Positions 50,784-61,698 are shown, counted from the stretch's first letter. The stretch is DNA of 64,000 nucleotides from Desulfomonilia bacterium (GCA_050014195.1 JBEKDT010000003.1:192001-256000); one strand, 5' to 3'. Numbers and translations are program-made. The notes: generated from the letters alone by a model not told the origin.

Positions 50784-53210
50784 GTGAACACAAAACTCAA
50801 GATTCAAAAGAAGATGCGGGAAGGGCTGGTCATTCTGGATGGGGCTACCGGCACTCAGCTTCAGGCGTTGGGCATGCCCGATGGGGAGTCGCCGGAGATA
50901 TTCGGCATCAAAAACCCGGATGCCATCAAGGCCGTGCATCAGGGTTACCTGGAAGCCGGCTCGGATATTATCTATACCTGCACCTTTGGTGCGAACCGGT
51001 ACAAGCTCCCACAGTATGGTCTCACCGATGTTCATGAAGTGAACAAAAGACTTGCTGCCATCGCCAAGGAAGCGGCCGGAAAAAGGGCGCTCGTGGCAGG
51101 AGATATCGGCCCTACGGGCCGATTTGTAGAGCCATTCGGGGACTTAAGTTTTGAGGATGCCGTTGTCTGCTACAAGGAGCAGGTACAAGGGCTTCTGGAG
51201 GGCGGCGTTGATCTCTTTGTGATCGAGACCATGATCGACATCCAGGAGACCAGGGCAGCGCTGATTGCCATAAAGGAGGTCTCGGACCGGTTCACCATCT
51301 GTTCCATGACCTTTGATGCCTCCGGCAGGACGCTGAACGGTACGGATCTTTTATCAGCGCTTATCACATTACAGGCCCTCGGAGCGGACGTGGTAGGGTG
51401 CAACTGTTCGGCAGGGCCGAAAGAGATGATCTCGCTGATCAGACAGATGAAACCCTATGCAAAGGTACCACTCGTTGCAAAACCTAACGCAGGGCTACCC
51501 AAACTTAAAGAGGGAAAGGCGTTTTTTGAAATGGGTGCAGAAGAATTTTCCAGCTTCGGACCTGCATTCGTGGATGCCGGCGCCAGACTGCTCGGTGGTT
51601 GCTGCGGTACGACTCCGGAGCATATCAGGATGCTTCGAAAGAATTGTGACGGTCTGAAGCCGCAACCACCTCAGGTAAAATCCATAGGCGCAGTAAGTTC
51701 GCATGCAAAGACGGTAATGTTTGAAAGAGGCGGTCCGCTCATCATCATCGGCGAGCGTATAAACCCGACAGGGAAGAAGGATCTCCAACAGGAACTCCTG
51801 CAGAGGAAGTTTTCTCTTGCGGGTTCATATGCCAGGGACCAGGTAAAAAAGGGTGCATCCATCCTTGATATAAATGTCGGCATGCCGGGACTCGATGAAA
51901 AGGGCGCTTTGAGGGAGGTTGTGAAGCAGATTGCACTGACCACCGATGCCCCCTTGTGCATCGATACATCGCGTGTCGATGCCCTTGAGGCCGCACTGAG
52001 AGTTTATCCGGGACGCGCGCTGATCAATTCCATTTCAGGAGAGGAGAACACCCTTGATGAACGGTTGAAGCTTGCTGCATTCTATGGGGCCATGTTCATC
52101 CTCCTGCCCATCGCCGGCAGGGCGGTGCCGAAGACATCATTTGAGCGCAGAAAGATCATCAAGGACGTCTATGCCAAGGCTCTCCGGTATGGATTCACGA
52201 AAGATGATATCATCGTGGACGCACTTACCATGGCTGTATCCGCCGATGGTGGGGCTGCCCTGGAGACACTCAAGACGATTGACTGGTGCAACACTACATT
52301 CGGCTCAAAGACCGTTGTGGGACTCTCGAATGTTTCCTTCGGTCTGCCTGAGAGGAAATGGGTAAATGCATCGTTCCTGGCTATGGCGATCAGTGACGGC
52401 CTGACGTGCGCCATAGCGAATCCGGAAAGTATCGAGCTCATGAGCATCAAAAAGGCCTCAGATGTACTTGCAGGCAGGGACAAGGATGCATCTGCCTTTA
52501 TCAGCTTTTTCAGCGGCCCCAAAGGGCAGGTGCCGGGTCCTGAGAAAGAAGTGCGGGATAAAACCTCCAAAGAAAGAATCTACCAGGCAGTTATTGAAGG
52601 GGATAGGGATGGGATTCAGACCCCTATTGATAAAGCTATTGCTGAAGGGTTGAGCGCCCGAGCTCTGGTGGATGAGCTCATGGTCCCTGCCATCCGGAAG
52701 GTCGGGGAGCTCTACGAGAAAAAGACTTACTTTCTGCCTCAGCTCATCGCCAGCGCCGAAACCATGAAGCGCGGCTTCGAGCACCTGGCGCCCCGTCTCA
52801 ATGAGGAAGGGATATCTTCTGCCGGAAAAGGAACGGTCATGCTTGCAACAGTCAAGGGTGACATCCACGATATCGGGAAGAATATCGTTGGGTTGATGCT
52901 GAAAAACAATGGGTTTCATGTGATCGACCTAGGCAAGGATGTGGATCATGAGGCATTACTTGAAGCCGCAAGGAAACATAATCCCGACATTATCGGCCTT
53001 TCGGCCCTCATGACCACCACTATGGTAAATATGCAGGAGGCCGTGCGAAGCATAAAGGATTCCGGGCTGGTTTGCGACTTCCTTGTAGGAGGTGCCGTGG
53101 TGACAGCAGACTATGCTGAATCCATAGGTGCCAATTTCGCCAAAGACGGTGTTGAAGCGGTCCGGGTTGCAGAATATTTAATCAGCTTGAAGCGGAATAC
53201 GAACATTTGA
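50784..53210 (+). CDS. metH: Cobalamin-dependent methionine synthase core (Hcy-binding, pterin-binding, B12-binding domains)
   Basis: LDGATGT, NCS, GGCCGT, IGERINPTG, DIHDIGKN, SALMTTT. Confidence 0.95.
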   Translation: MNTKLKIQKKMREGLVILDGATGTQLQALGMPDGESPEIFGIKNPDAIKAVHQGYLEAGSDIIYTCTFGANRYKLPQYGLTDVHEVNKRLAAIAKEAAGKRALVAGDIGPTGRFVEPFGDLSFEDAVVCYKEQVQGLLEGGVDLFVIETMIDIQETRAALIAIKEVSDRFTICSMTFDASGRTLNGTDLLSALITLQALGADVVGCNCSAGPKEMISLIRQMKPYAKVPLVAKPNAGLPKLKEGKAFFEMGAEEFSSFGPAFVDAGARLLGGCCGTTPEHIRMLRKNCDGLKPQPPQVKSIGAVSSHAKTVMFERGGPLIIIGERINPTGKKDLQQELLQRKFSLAGSYARDQVKKGASILDINVGMPGLDEKGALREVVKQIALTTDAPLCIDTSRVDALEAALRVYPGRALINSISGEENTLDERLKLAAFYGAMFILLPIAGRAVPKTSFERRKIIKDVYAKALRYGFTKDDIIVDALTMAVSADGGAALETLKTIDWCNTTFGSKTVVGLSNVSFGLPERKWVNASFLAMAISDGLTCAIANPESIELMSIKKASDVLAGRDKDASAFISFFSGPKGQVPGPEKEVRDKTSKERIYQAVIEGDRDGIQTPIDKAIAEGLSARALVDELMVPAIRKVGELYEKKTYFLPQLIASAETMKRGFEHLAPRLNEEGISSAGKGTVMLATVKGDIHDIGKNIVGLMLKNNGFHVIDLGKDVDHEALLEAARKHNPDIIGLSALMTTTMVNMQEAVRSIKDSGLVCDFLVGGAVVTADYAESIGANFAKDGVEAVRVAEYLISLKRNTNI

Positions 53211-53289
53211 ATACATTTTAGTAGGTTTAATGGTCTGACTGCGCGGTTTTGTTGATTGAAGCGATTGATCGAAGACCATAGCCGATGTC

Positions 53290-53817
53290 CTACTTTCCCT
53301 TCAGGAGCTCGTCGATCTTATCTTCGGCCGAAGTGCATTGCCAGCACCCGATGTTGCCGTTCTTTGACACTACGACCTTAGTGGGCACACCCCTGACGCC
53401 GTATGTGCGCGCAACCGTTGCGTCGTTGTCAAGGAGGATAGTGTAAGGCAGAGAATATTTCTCTGCAAAAGAGGCCACCTTTTGAGGGCTCTCCATTACA
53501 TAAATTGATATAAGCTCGAAGTCCTTGCCTTTCATGACGGTATGGAGCTTTTTCAGGTTCGGAATGTCTTTTTTACAGTATGGGCACCATGTGGTAGTGA
53601 AGTCCAGGAGTACCACCTTGCCCCGATAGTCCTTCAATGATCTGACCTTTCCGCTGAGATCCTTCAGGGAGAAGTCGGGAGCCATGGTAACGTCTTGTTT
53701 CGTACCGATCTTTTGCTCATCCGTGTCGCTGCCTTTTACAACACCTATGTTCATGGAGAGTGCGGCTACAATAAATAGGGCGGATAAGAGAATTGCCAGA
53801 CAGATCTTCTTTTTCAT
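53290..53817 (-). CDS. TlpA/ResA-like exported thioredoxin
   Basis: Signal/TM N-terminus, APDF, TWCPYC, GVP. Confidence 0.9.
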   Translation of the reverse strand: MKKKICLAILLSALFIVAALSMNIGVVKGSDTDEQKIGTKQDVTMAPDFSLKDLSGKVRSLKDYRGKVVLLDFTTTWCPYCKKDIPNLKKLHTVMKGKDFELISIYVMESPQKVASFAEKYSLPYTILLDNDATVARTYGVRGVPTKVVVSKNGNIGCWQCTSAEDKIDELLKGK

Positions 53818-53834
53818 GGTGAGAGGACTCCTTT

Positions 53835-54545
53835 TTAAAGCATGAATTTACCCGCAGTGACAAGAAAGTATTCACCCATTGCAATAAAGATGCAACCAAA
53901 GAGCTTTTGGATACGGACCATCCATGGGCCCGACTTGGGAAGGCTTGTCAAAAGGGCTGTGAACGTACCCAGGAGTATGAGGATTGTCCCCATACCGAAG
54001 GCAAATACAAAGAGCAGGGCCATGCCAAAGACGATGTTCTGTTTTGTTGCCACATAACTCAAAAGCACGGCCAGTACGGGCGCGGAGCAGGGGCTCATGA
54101 TAATACCCGATGCGATGCCCAGGAGCAGCGCCCCGAGCATGCCTTTTCTTCGGGTAGTGAATATCGGGCTGCTGAAGAAGCGTGGCAGGGGGATAAAGAA
54201 GACATCAAGCATGGAGAGGCCCATGAGGATGAAGATATTTGCCACGACCAGGTTTGTCCATGGGTTGGTCTGGATGGTACCGAAAAAACTTCCCGTAAGC
54301 CCGGCGATGCTGCCTAAGACCATATATGTCAGCGATGTCCCGAGTACGTATACCAATGAAAGGAGAAAGCCGTTCATACGCGACCCCCTTCCCTGGGACC
54401 CAATGAAAGAAACAGTAATGGGGATGAGGGGATACATGCATGGGGTGAAGCTGACGAGGACACCGCCGATATATGAAGAGAGAAGGGCAAGAAGCATAGA
54501 TCCTTGAAGATATGTGTCAAGGCCGCTGGTCAGATTCTCAAACAT
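53835..54545 (-). CDS. ccdA: CcdA/DsbD transmembrane electron transporter
   Basis: SFTPCMYP and SPCSAP cysteines, LPKSGPWM. Confidence 0.9.
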   Translation of the reverse strand: MFENLTSGLDTYLQGSMLLALLSSYIGGVLVSFTPCMYPLIPITVSFIGSQGRGSRMNGFLLSLVYVLGTSLTYMVLGSIAGLTGSFFGTIQTNPWTNLVVANIFILMGLSMLDVFFIPLPRFFSSPIFTTRRKGMLGALLLGIASGIIMSPCSAPVLAVLLSYVATKQNIVFGMALLFVFAFGMGTILILLGTFTALLTSLPKSGPWMVRIQKLFGCIFIAMGEYFLVTAGKFML

Positions 54546-54734
54546 ATGGGCTCTTTTCGTAGCTTGTCAAAAGCGCTACTTCCAGAAACGAATCTACCAC
54601 AAAGCAGACCTTTAAGGAATTCGATAAGAAATAGACCCATCATATATTCACACAGCAAGCGGCCTTTGGTCCTTCATCCTTTGCCGGTTTTGCTTATATA
54701 AATAATAATTAAAGTATTGACAGGAAGATTTGTT

Positions 54735-54753
54735 AATAGTAATTATTATCATT
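54735..54753. promoter_or_regulatory. PerR/Fur box-like operator
   Basis: AATAGTAAT-T-ATTATCATT 9-1-9 imperfect palindrome just downstream of TTGACA (54717-54722). Confidence 0.65.
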
Positions 54754-54802
54754 AAATAAATCGTTTTTGTTATTTCTCGAGATTTTAGCTATTGGTGATC
54801 AG

Positions 54803-55219
54803 ATGATAAAAAAACAACAGAGGATGACAAGGCAGAGGATGATTATCCTTGACGAATTAAGTAAGGTGAGAAGCCACCCCACGGCCTATGAAGTCTATGA
54901 GATGGTCAGATCGAGACTCCCTCGGATCAGCCTCGGCACGGTGTATAGAAACCTTGAACATCTCTCTGCAAACGGGCAAATCCTGAGGCTCGACCTGGGA
55001 CAAGGTCAGAGGAGATTTGATGCAGTAACGGATGATCATATGCATATCAGGTGCCTTTCCTGCGGTAGGGTAGATGATGTTCCCTTGAATCCATCCATGG
55101 AGATAACTACTATTAAGGGCATTGTGAGGAACGATAGCGGTTATGAGGTCTTGGGTTGCGGGATGGACTTCCTGGGTATTTGTCCGAACTGTAAAAAGGC
55201 TGAACGAACAAAAGATTAA
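54803..55219 (+). CDS. perR: Fur-family regulator, PerR-like
   Basis: TRQR, HPTA, SLGTVYRNL, HMHIRCLSCG, CPNC; upstream of rubrerythrin. Confidence 0.85.
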   Translation: MIKKQQRMTRQRMIILDELSKVRSHPTAYEVYEMVRSRLPRISLGTVYRNLEHLSANGQILRLDLGQGQRRFDAVTDDHMHIRCLSCGRVDDVPLNPSMEITTIKGIVRNDSGYEVLGCGMDFLGICPNCKKAERTKD

Positions 55220-55277
55220 TGGATCAAAGGTCTAATCACAAACAATAAAACGAATACTACTCTTAAGGAGGAACACC

Positions 55278-55853
55278 ATGGGAAAGTTAAAGGGCTCACG
55301 GACGGAAAAGAATCTACTGGGCTCATTTGCCGGAGAATCCCAGGCTCGCAACCGCTACACATATTTTGCGAGCCAGGCCCGGAAAGAGGGCTTCATGCAG
55401 ATAGCCGACATCTTCGAAGAGACCGCAAGCCAGGAGAAAGAGCACGCCAAGAGATTCTTTAAGTTTCTTGAAGGCGGAGAAGTGGAGATCCAGGCAAGCT
55501 TTCCTGCCGGCGTCGTCGGCACGACCCTGGAGAACCTTAAAGCGGCTGCTGCAGGGGAGCACTATGAGCAGTCAGAACTCTACCCGGGATTTGCCAAGAC
55601 AGCCCGCGAGGAAGGTTTTGAAGTCATTGCAAAGGTCTGGGAGGCCGTCTCGGTGGCAGAGAGACAGCATGAGAAGCGCTATAAGGATCTTGCCGCCAAT
55701 ATCGAGGCGGGCAGGGTATTCAAGCGGGACAAATCAGCGGTATGGAGATGCCGCAACTGTGGGTACCTCTTTGAGGGGACCGATGCCCCTGCTGCTTGCC
55801 CGGCCTGCGCCCACCCGAAGGATTATTTCGAACTCCTCGGAGAGAACTGGTAA
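55278..55853 (+). CDS. rbr: Rubrerythrin
   Basis: FAGESQARNRY, EKEH, ERQH, WRCRNCGY...CPACAHP. Confidence 0.96.
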   Translation: MGKLKGSRTEKNLLGSFAGESQARNRYTYFASQARKEGFMQIADIFEETASQEKEHAKRFFKFLEGGEVEIQASFPAGVVGTTLENLKAAAAGEHYEQSELYPGFAKTAREEGFEVIAKVWEAVSVAERQHEKRYKDLAANIEAGRVFKRDKSAVWRCRNCGYLFEGTDAPAACPACAHPKDYFELLGENW

Positions 55854-56060
55854 AGACAAGCGCAGCAAGCCAAGCCCTGAGCACATATCGAAGATATTCC
55901 TTGGGGCTTGGTTTGTCCTTAGGCTTGATACCATGCTCATCGGCATATATCCCCCTACCCTGTATGCATGGACTAGGACTATGGGCACGCTGTGGTTTCC
56001 CGAGCTTTTGGATTTCTGTCCGCACGGCAATAGGGTGTGCCTCCCGATCCGGATAGTCTC

Positions 56061-56684
56061 TCAGATCCACTTCAAAAACCCCGCAAAGACGACCAGGGAT
56101 ACCGCGTTGATCGCGAAGAGCGTGCCGATGAAGAGCCTTTGTTTCTTAGGCGGCCAGTCATAGGCATAGAATGCCGCGAGGAAAAACGGTATATAGACCG
56201 TGATGAAGACCGGGAAAGCCCCCCACCAGGGCCAGACCCAGACAAAGGCGGGCGTCTTGACCAGGAAGATCTCGAGGATCGAGGCGAAGGCGGCATTCCC
56301 GATGGCAAAGACAAGACGGTTGTTGATGCCGAGAATTTTCATATTCGGGTCTTGCGGAAGGAGCTTGCTCAAGACAAGACCCGCAATGGAGAACATAAGA
56401 CTGATCTCCACGCCAACTCCCACCAGGATCAGAAACGCAGTGCCGGTGGGAACAGTCCAGAGTGCATGCCCGGAGAAGTGCTGGATCAGCGCATTGACGA
56501 TCTCCACAAACCAGTGGACCATATACAATGATAGACCCGCTGCGATCCCCTTCCAGTTTTTCTGGGAGGCTTCGTTGATATAGACATAGAGCGTCAAGGC
56601 GAGAAGCGTGATCACATACCATTGGAAAGGGTTGCCTGATCTCAGGATGGAAAGCGCCATAGCCGTTGCTTCCGGGTTATTCAT
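56061..56684 (-). CDS. Hypothetical multi-pass membrane protein
   Basis: About six hydrophobic segments; no family recognised. Confidence 0.7.
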   Translation of the reverse strand: MNNPEATAMALSILRSGNPFQWYVITLLALTLYVYINEASQKNWKGIAAGLSLYMVHWFVEIVNALIQHFSGHALWTVPTGTAFLILVGVGVEISLMFSIAGLVLSKLLPQDPNMKILGINNRLVFAIGNAAFASILEIFLVKTPAFVWVWPWWGAFPVFITVYIPFFLAAFYAYDWPPKKQRLFIGTLFAINAVSLVVFAGFLKWI

Positions 56685-56817
56685 ACAAACCCCATCGAAT
56701 TACAAGATGAACAAATGATATTCTTGTTCAGTCATTCAGGCAAGTATGCTCATGAAAAAATATAGTCAAAGGGTAGTTTGCCAAGGCACGAACACCGATA
56801 AAAGAGTCTTGCATGCA

Positions 56818-57336
56818 TCAGCCAATTTTTTTTAAGGTATTTAGGTATTGCTTTACGAGCTCCACATACATCTGTTTGCCTGCCAGCATGACCTCTTGGT
56901 ATTTTTCATTGATGTCGCCCTTTTCTATAGCAGGAGATCCTGCATAGAGCTTATAGTCTGGGACAACCTGGTTCTTCTTTACCAGAGAGTGCTCTGCAAC
57001 AATAGACCAGCACCCTACCTGGGCATTATCACCAAGGGTGGAGTTCATACCGATCACTGCATAGTCTTTGATGATACTGTTATGTACCATTGCCAAATGG
57101 CCGATGGTCACCTGTTGTCCAATGGTGACAATGGAAGGTGTATGGATGACGACTCCATCTTCTATGGCGGTTTCATCACCGATGACGATAGTCCCGAAAT
57201 CTCCCCTGAGAATAGAACAGGGGCCGATCCAGCAGTTCTTTCCTATACGCACGTCCCCTATTATCTCTGAGCTGGCGGCAATCCATGTCCCCGCGCCCAC
57301 CTGAGGGGCTTTGCCTTTGAATTCGAAGATTGCCAT
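56818..57336 (-). CDS. Gamma carbonic anhydrase-like hexapeptide repeat protein
   Basis: IIGDV.IG, LRGD, VIH, TIGH.AMVH, GSPA. Confidence 0.9.
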   Translation of the reverse strand: MAIFEFKGKAPQVGAGTWIAASSEIIGDVRIGKNCWIGPCSILRGDFGTIVIGDETAIEDGVVIHTPSIVTIGQQVTIGHLAMVHNSIIKDYAVIGMNSTLGDNAQVGCWSIVAEHSLVKKNQVVPDYKLYAGSPAIEKGDINEKYQEVMLAGKQMYVELVKQYLNTLKKIG

Positions 57337-57570
57337 AACTACCCCCGTCTCATGGTAAAGGTTTTTACCTATAGTAGCCTGTTTTGATCTCTGTTGTCAC
57401 TGGCCATGATAATGACAGCGCAGTGTGAGATGAAACCGTATATGTCCCATAACTGCTTTTAAAGATAGATAATAAAATGACGATAAGGATTATATTCATC
57501 ATAGGTTGTATTGAATTTCATAGGAGGCATTGGAACATAATGTTCCTGAAATATAAGGAGGGTATGAGTA

Positions 57571-59859
57571 ATGTATCATCCAGACCAAGGATACAGCGAA
57601 TTGGTCTTAATAGATGATCAGCATTCCCGATTCTTAAAGCCAGCTAAGTTAGATCGTCTGAATAAGACTCACGTCCAAGGGGCATTTGTCCGCTCCGGTG
57701 CCAGTGTCCTCATCTGGCTGCTCACATTGGCAGCATACTGGGTCGGTGTAATCAGCAAGGCATCTTTTGAAGGTGCAAGCGTATTTAATGCCTATATCAT
57801 CCTGATGAATATCCCCATGCTTGCGATGATGAGACGCATCAGGGGGAAAATGCTCTATGAGTTTTGTTCATATCTCATAAATATCTTTGAAATAATAGGT
57901 TATACCGGGTTTATTTATTTTGTTGGCGGGTTTCGGTCCACCTACCTGACACCTATTTATGCAGCAATGATCTTCTACGTGGGGGTTCAGGCCCCCATGC
58001 GTTATCCGCTCATCATGGCATTTTTTTGCTCGTTGTCATTCTCTACCATGGTGACCCTGGAGCACTTCGGCTATATCCCTCATCAGAATATTATCTTCGA
58101 ATATAACTATCAATGGAACATGGTTCTCTTTATTCTCGGTATCTTTACCGTGGTACTCTTCGTGATCGCATTGATGGCATCCTACACGTCTAAAGTCCTC
58201 AGGACGGCAAAAATAAAGCTCAAAAAAAATATCTTGGCTCTGGAGATGGCCAACAAGAAATTACGTCAGGAGATAGATGAGCGGATCAGGGTGGAGATGG
58301 CGCTTCGGGAGAGTGAGGAGAAGCTCCATGATATCTTTGAGAATGTGCCGGATGCCCTTTTTTCGCATGACCTGGAAGGGAACTTCATCGAGGTGAATGG
58401 AAGCTTCAAAAAGTCGTTCGAATTAAATGAAGACACCCCATTCCCTGCAAAGTTGAATATAAGGGATCTTATCCCTGACAAGTATAAGGCATTGGCAGAT
58501 AAATATCTCATCGAGGTCATTCAAAAGGCCAAGAGCGAGGGACTTATCAGCATCATGACTATAAGTGGTAAGGAGCGGATCTTTGAGTACAGGAACTCGC
58601 TCATCAGAGAAGAAAGCGGTATCCCAAGAGGGGTTCGAGGCTCAGCGCGTGATATAACAGAGAGACTGATTGCCGAACGGGAAAGGCTGAAACTCCAGGA
58701 CCAACTCCAACGGGCACAAAAGATGGAGGCCCTTGGCCTGTTAGCCGGAGGTGTCGCACATGACCTGAACAACATTCTCTCAGGTTTGGTGAGCTATCCC
58801 GAACTCCTGTTGATGGAAATCCCTGAAGATAGCCCATTAAGAAAACCGCTGGTCACAATCCAGAAGTCGGGAGAGAAGGCCGCCTCCATTGTGCAGGACC
58901 TCCTTACCTTAACCAGAAGAGGGGTACCCATATCAGAGGTGCTGAATATAAACCAAGTCATCAACGAATATTTGGTAAGCCTTGAGCATGAACGCATCAT
59001 GACCATGAACCCCTGCATAGATGTCGAGGTATCCTTAGGACCTGATCTGATGAACATTATGGGATCACCGGTACACCTGTTCAAGTCCGTCATGAACCTG
59101 GTGGCTAATGCCGTGGAGTCCATGCCTTATGGCGGTACAATCACCATAGCTACAGCGAATAAATATATCGACAGACCTTTGCAGGGATACGATACCGTTG
59201 AAAAGGGCGATTACGTCATCCTGACCATTACTGATACAGGAACAGGTATGAGCGAACAGGATCGGCTACGCATCTTTGAGCCGTTCTATACCAAGAAGGC
59301 TATGGGTAGGAGCGGCACCGGACTGGGCATGTCGGTTGTATGGGGCACGGTAAAAGATCATCATGGGTACTTGGAAGTACAGAGTGAACCTGGGATCGGT
59401 TCCACCTTTACCCTATACTTCATTTCTACATCGGAGCAGATTTCGCAGCATGATGATCAATTCCCCATTGATGAATATAAGGGCAATGGCGAAAAGATTC
59501 TTGTGGTGGATGATGTGAAGGAACAGCGGGAGATTGCCACAAAGATCCTTGAACGTCTTGGGTATCATGTAGAGACGGTTTCGAGCGGCGAAGAGGCCCT
59601 GGAATTCATCAAAGATAATGGTGTTGATCTGCTGGTCCTGGATATGATCATGAACCCTGGAATCGACGGGCTTGAGACCTACAAGCGGGTCCTCAAGATC
59701 AACCCATCCATGAAGGCAGTGATCGCAAGCGGATATTCCGAGACCGACAGGGTGAAAGAGGCCATGGAGATGGGTGCGGTTTCGTATATCAAGAAACCCT
59801 ATCTCTTCCAGAAGATCGGCGTGGCAGTAAAAGAGGCACTTGCCCGTAAGGCGGCTTGA
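57571..59859 (+). CDS. Membrane hybrid sensor histidine kinase (TM-PAS-HisKA-HATPase-REC)
   Basis: AGGVAHDLNN, NLVANA, DTGTG, FEPFYT, GTGLG, ILVVDD, LDMIM, KP. Confidence 0.95.
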   Translation: MYHPDQGYSELVLIDDQHSRFLKPAKLDRLNKTHVQGAFVRSGASVLIWLLTLAAYWVGVISKASFEGASVFNAYIILMNIPMLAMMRRIRGKMLYEFCSYLINIFEIIGYTGFIYFVGGFRSTYLTPIYAAMIFYVGVQAPMRYPLIMAFFCSLSFSTMVTLEHFGYIPHQNIIFEYNYQWNMVLFILGIFTVVLFVIALMASYTSKVLRTAKIKLKKNILALEMANKKLRQEIDERIRVEMALRESEEKLHDIFENVPDALFSHDLEGNFIEVNGSFKKSFELNEDTPFPAKLNIRDLIPDKYKALADKYLIEVIQKAKSEGLISIMTISGKERIFEYRNSLIREESGIPRGVRGSARDITERLIAERERLKLQDQLQRAQKMEALGLLAGGVAHDLNNILSGLVSYPELLLMEIPEDSPLRKPLVTIQKSGEKAASIVQDLLTLTRRGVPISEVLNINQVINEYLVSLEHERIMTMNPCIDVEVSLGPDLMNIMGSPVHLFKSVMNLVANAVESMPYGGTITIATANKYIDRPLQGYDTVEKGDYVILTITDTGTGMSEQDRLRIFEPFYTKKAMGRSGTGLGMSVVWGTVKDHHGYLEVQSEPGIGSTFTLYFISTSEQISQHDDQFPIDEYKGNGEKILVVDDVKEQREIATKILERLGYHVETVSSGEEALEFIKDNGVDLLVLDMIMNPGIDGLETYKRVLKINPSMKAVIASGYSETDRVKEAMEMGAVSYIKKPYLFQKIGVAVKEALARKAA

Positions 59860-59929
59860 TCTTTGGTAGTATATTCCCACCACGATATATCTAAATGATG
59901 CCTGGATCCCTCCCTGAATTGAGACCATG

Positions 59930-60907
59930 TTAAAACAAGCTTCTCATAAGTGAGAAGCCCTTAAACTCATCGATCATAATGGGTATGAATGTAGTGAGAT
60001 CCTCCACGATGCAGTAGTGGGCCACACGGAAGATGGCTGCATTCGGATCACTGTTGACGGCCACGATGTTCTGGGATTTCTTCATACCCGAGACATGTTG
60101 GATGGCACCCGAGATGCCGCAGGCGATGTAAAGCTTCGGCGAGACGGTCTGTCCTGTGGTGCCGATCTGGTGAGAGTATTCGAGCCATCCCGAATCGCAT
60201 ACCGAACGAGAAGCCCCCACTGCAGACCGAGGGAAGATCGCTGCCAATTCATTTATCAGAGATACGTTTTCCTTTTTCCCCACACCCCTGCCTGCGGCAA
60301 CGATCACCTCGGCATCCTTAAGATTGCTGTCGCGGTGTTCGACTTCCTTGATACCCAGCGTCTTGGACTTCAGGTGAGGCACAGATGCCTGAAGCATTTG
60401 TATTGATCCCGGAGAGTTGCTTTCCGAAACAGAAGCAGGGAACGCTCCAGGGAGAACGGTGACAACAATGGAGGGGGTCTCCGGGATGATGTCAGCCATG
60501 AATCGCCCTTGGCATAAGGCCCGGCTCAAGATATTTCCCTGAATCTTTTCCACGGAAGTGATGCACGCAGCATTGAGTTTTACTGCAATCCTCGGGGCGA
60601 GATCATATCCCGTGGATGTATGGGCCAGGCATATCCAAGATGGGTTGTCTTTGGGGAGAATAGCTAAAATTGCATCTGAGTAGGCTTGGGTATTGTAGAG
60701 ATTCAGGTGGTCGCTCGTAACGGATAGTACGTTGCATCCGGTTTTTTCTGCGAGCTCTTTGGCCTGGGTCTCATTATTCCTCCCAAGGATAATGACTGTC
60801 GGCAGCCGCCCTCCTGATAGTTCTTCGGCAAAGGTAATGAGCTCGTAGGTTTCCGGAGTAATGCAGCCCTGGTCTGATTCAGCGATGAGATAGATATCCT
60901 TTTTCAT
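59930..60907 (-). CDS. etfA: Electron transfer flavoprotein alpha subunit
   Basis: AAGRG, GASR, QIGTTG, GISGAIQH, AVNSD. Confidence 0.95.
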   Translation of the reverse strand: MKKDIYLIAESDQGCITPETYELITFAEELSGGRLPTVIILGRNNETQAKELAEKTGCNVLSVTSDHLNLYNTQAYSDAILAILPKDNPSWICLAHTSTGYDLAPRIAVKLNAACITSVEKIQGNILSRALCQGRFMADIIPETPSIVVTVLPGAFPASVSESNSPGSIQMLQASVPHLKSKTLGIKEVEHRDSNLKDAEVIVAAGRGVGKKENVSLINELAAIFPRSAVGASRSVCDSGWLEYSHQIGTTGQTVSPKLYIACGISGAIQHVSGMKKSQNIVAVNSDPNAAIFRVAHYCIVEDLTTFIPIMIDEFKGFSLMRSLF

Positions 60908-60918
60908 AGACTTTTCCG

Positions 60919-61698
60919 TTAGAGGAGCAATGATTTCTCATGGAGAGCTTGAAGGAGCTTGCGGGCTTTTTCACGCGAAGACCCTTCGATGAATATCCCC
61001 AAAGAAGTGGAATCCGGAAGCCTCACCCCCTTGCATCGCTCCCTTGTCTCCGATAAAGGAAGATCTTCTGATCTCATGACCTCCTGCTTCTGGATTCTTG
61101 CCCGCATGACGTTTGAGAGAGATGGGTATCTGGGTGTATTGATCCCGGGTTGAATGGTCAGCACCGCAGGTATTTCGAGCCGGACGGAAAGCCTTCGGCC
61201 ACCTTCAATCTCTCGATCTACCATGATCGTGCTGTCTTCAGGCCGGATCTGCGTTTTGATAACAGAAGTAGCACAGGGCTTGTCCAGGAGCGCTGCAATG
61301 AGCTGGCCGGTCTGGCACGCCATATCATCCTCGGCCATGACGCCTGTCATGATCAGGTCATAGCCTTTATCGCGAGCATAGGCAGCAATGAGGGATGCAA
61401 CAGCAAAGGGGCTGATATAGCCTTCGGATGGGTCTAAAATGTGGATGCCGTAATCAGCGCCCATCTCCAGGGCCCGCCGTATGGTGGAGCCCACACGTTC
61501 CGGCCCCACAGACAGTGTATGGACAACGGTCCGAACATAGTGCTCCTTGATAAGGAGTGCTTCTTCAAGGGCGAACTCGTCGAACTTGTTCATCCTGAAT
61601 ACTGTTAGGGGCTTGTACGATAGCCATCCGGTCCGCTCATCAAGAGCAAGTGTATCGCCTGAATCAGGGACCTGTTTGACGCACACAAGGATCTTCAC
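60919..61698 (-). CDS. etfB: Electron transfer flavoprotein beta subunit
   Basis: KILVCVKQVPD, DEFALEEA, ALEMGAD, REIEGG, PRYPS; GTG start 61698. Confidence 0.95.
   Translation of the reverse strand: MKILVCVKQVPDSGDTLALDERTGWLSYKPLTVFRMNKFDEFALEEALLIKEHYVRTVVHTLSVGPERVGSTIRRALEMGADYGIHILDPSEGYISPFAVASLIAAYARDKGYDLIMTGVMAEDDMACQTGQLIAALLDKPCATSVIKTQIRPEDSTIMVDREIEGGRRLSVRLEIPAVLTIQPGINTPRYPSLSNVMRARIQKQEVMRSEDLPLSETRERCKGVRLPDSTSLGIFIEGSSREKARKLLQALHEKSLLL

Noticed and set aside
55468-56163. 231-aa + strand ORF spanning rbr and the downstream gap
   Set aside because: Alternative frame of rubrerythrin with low-complexity Arg/Pro/Ser composition
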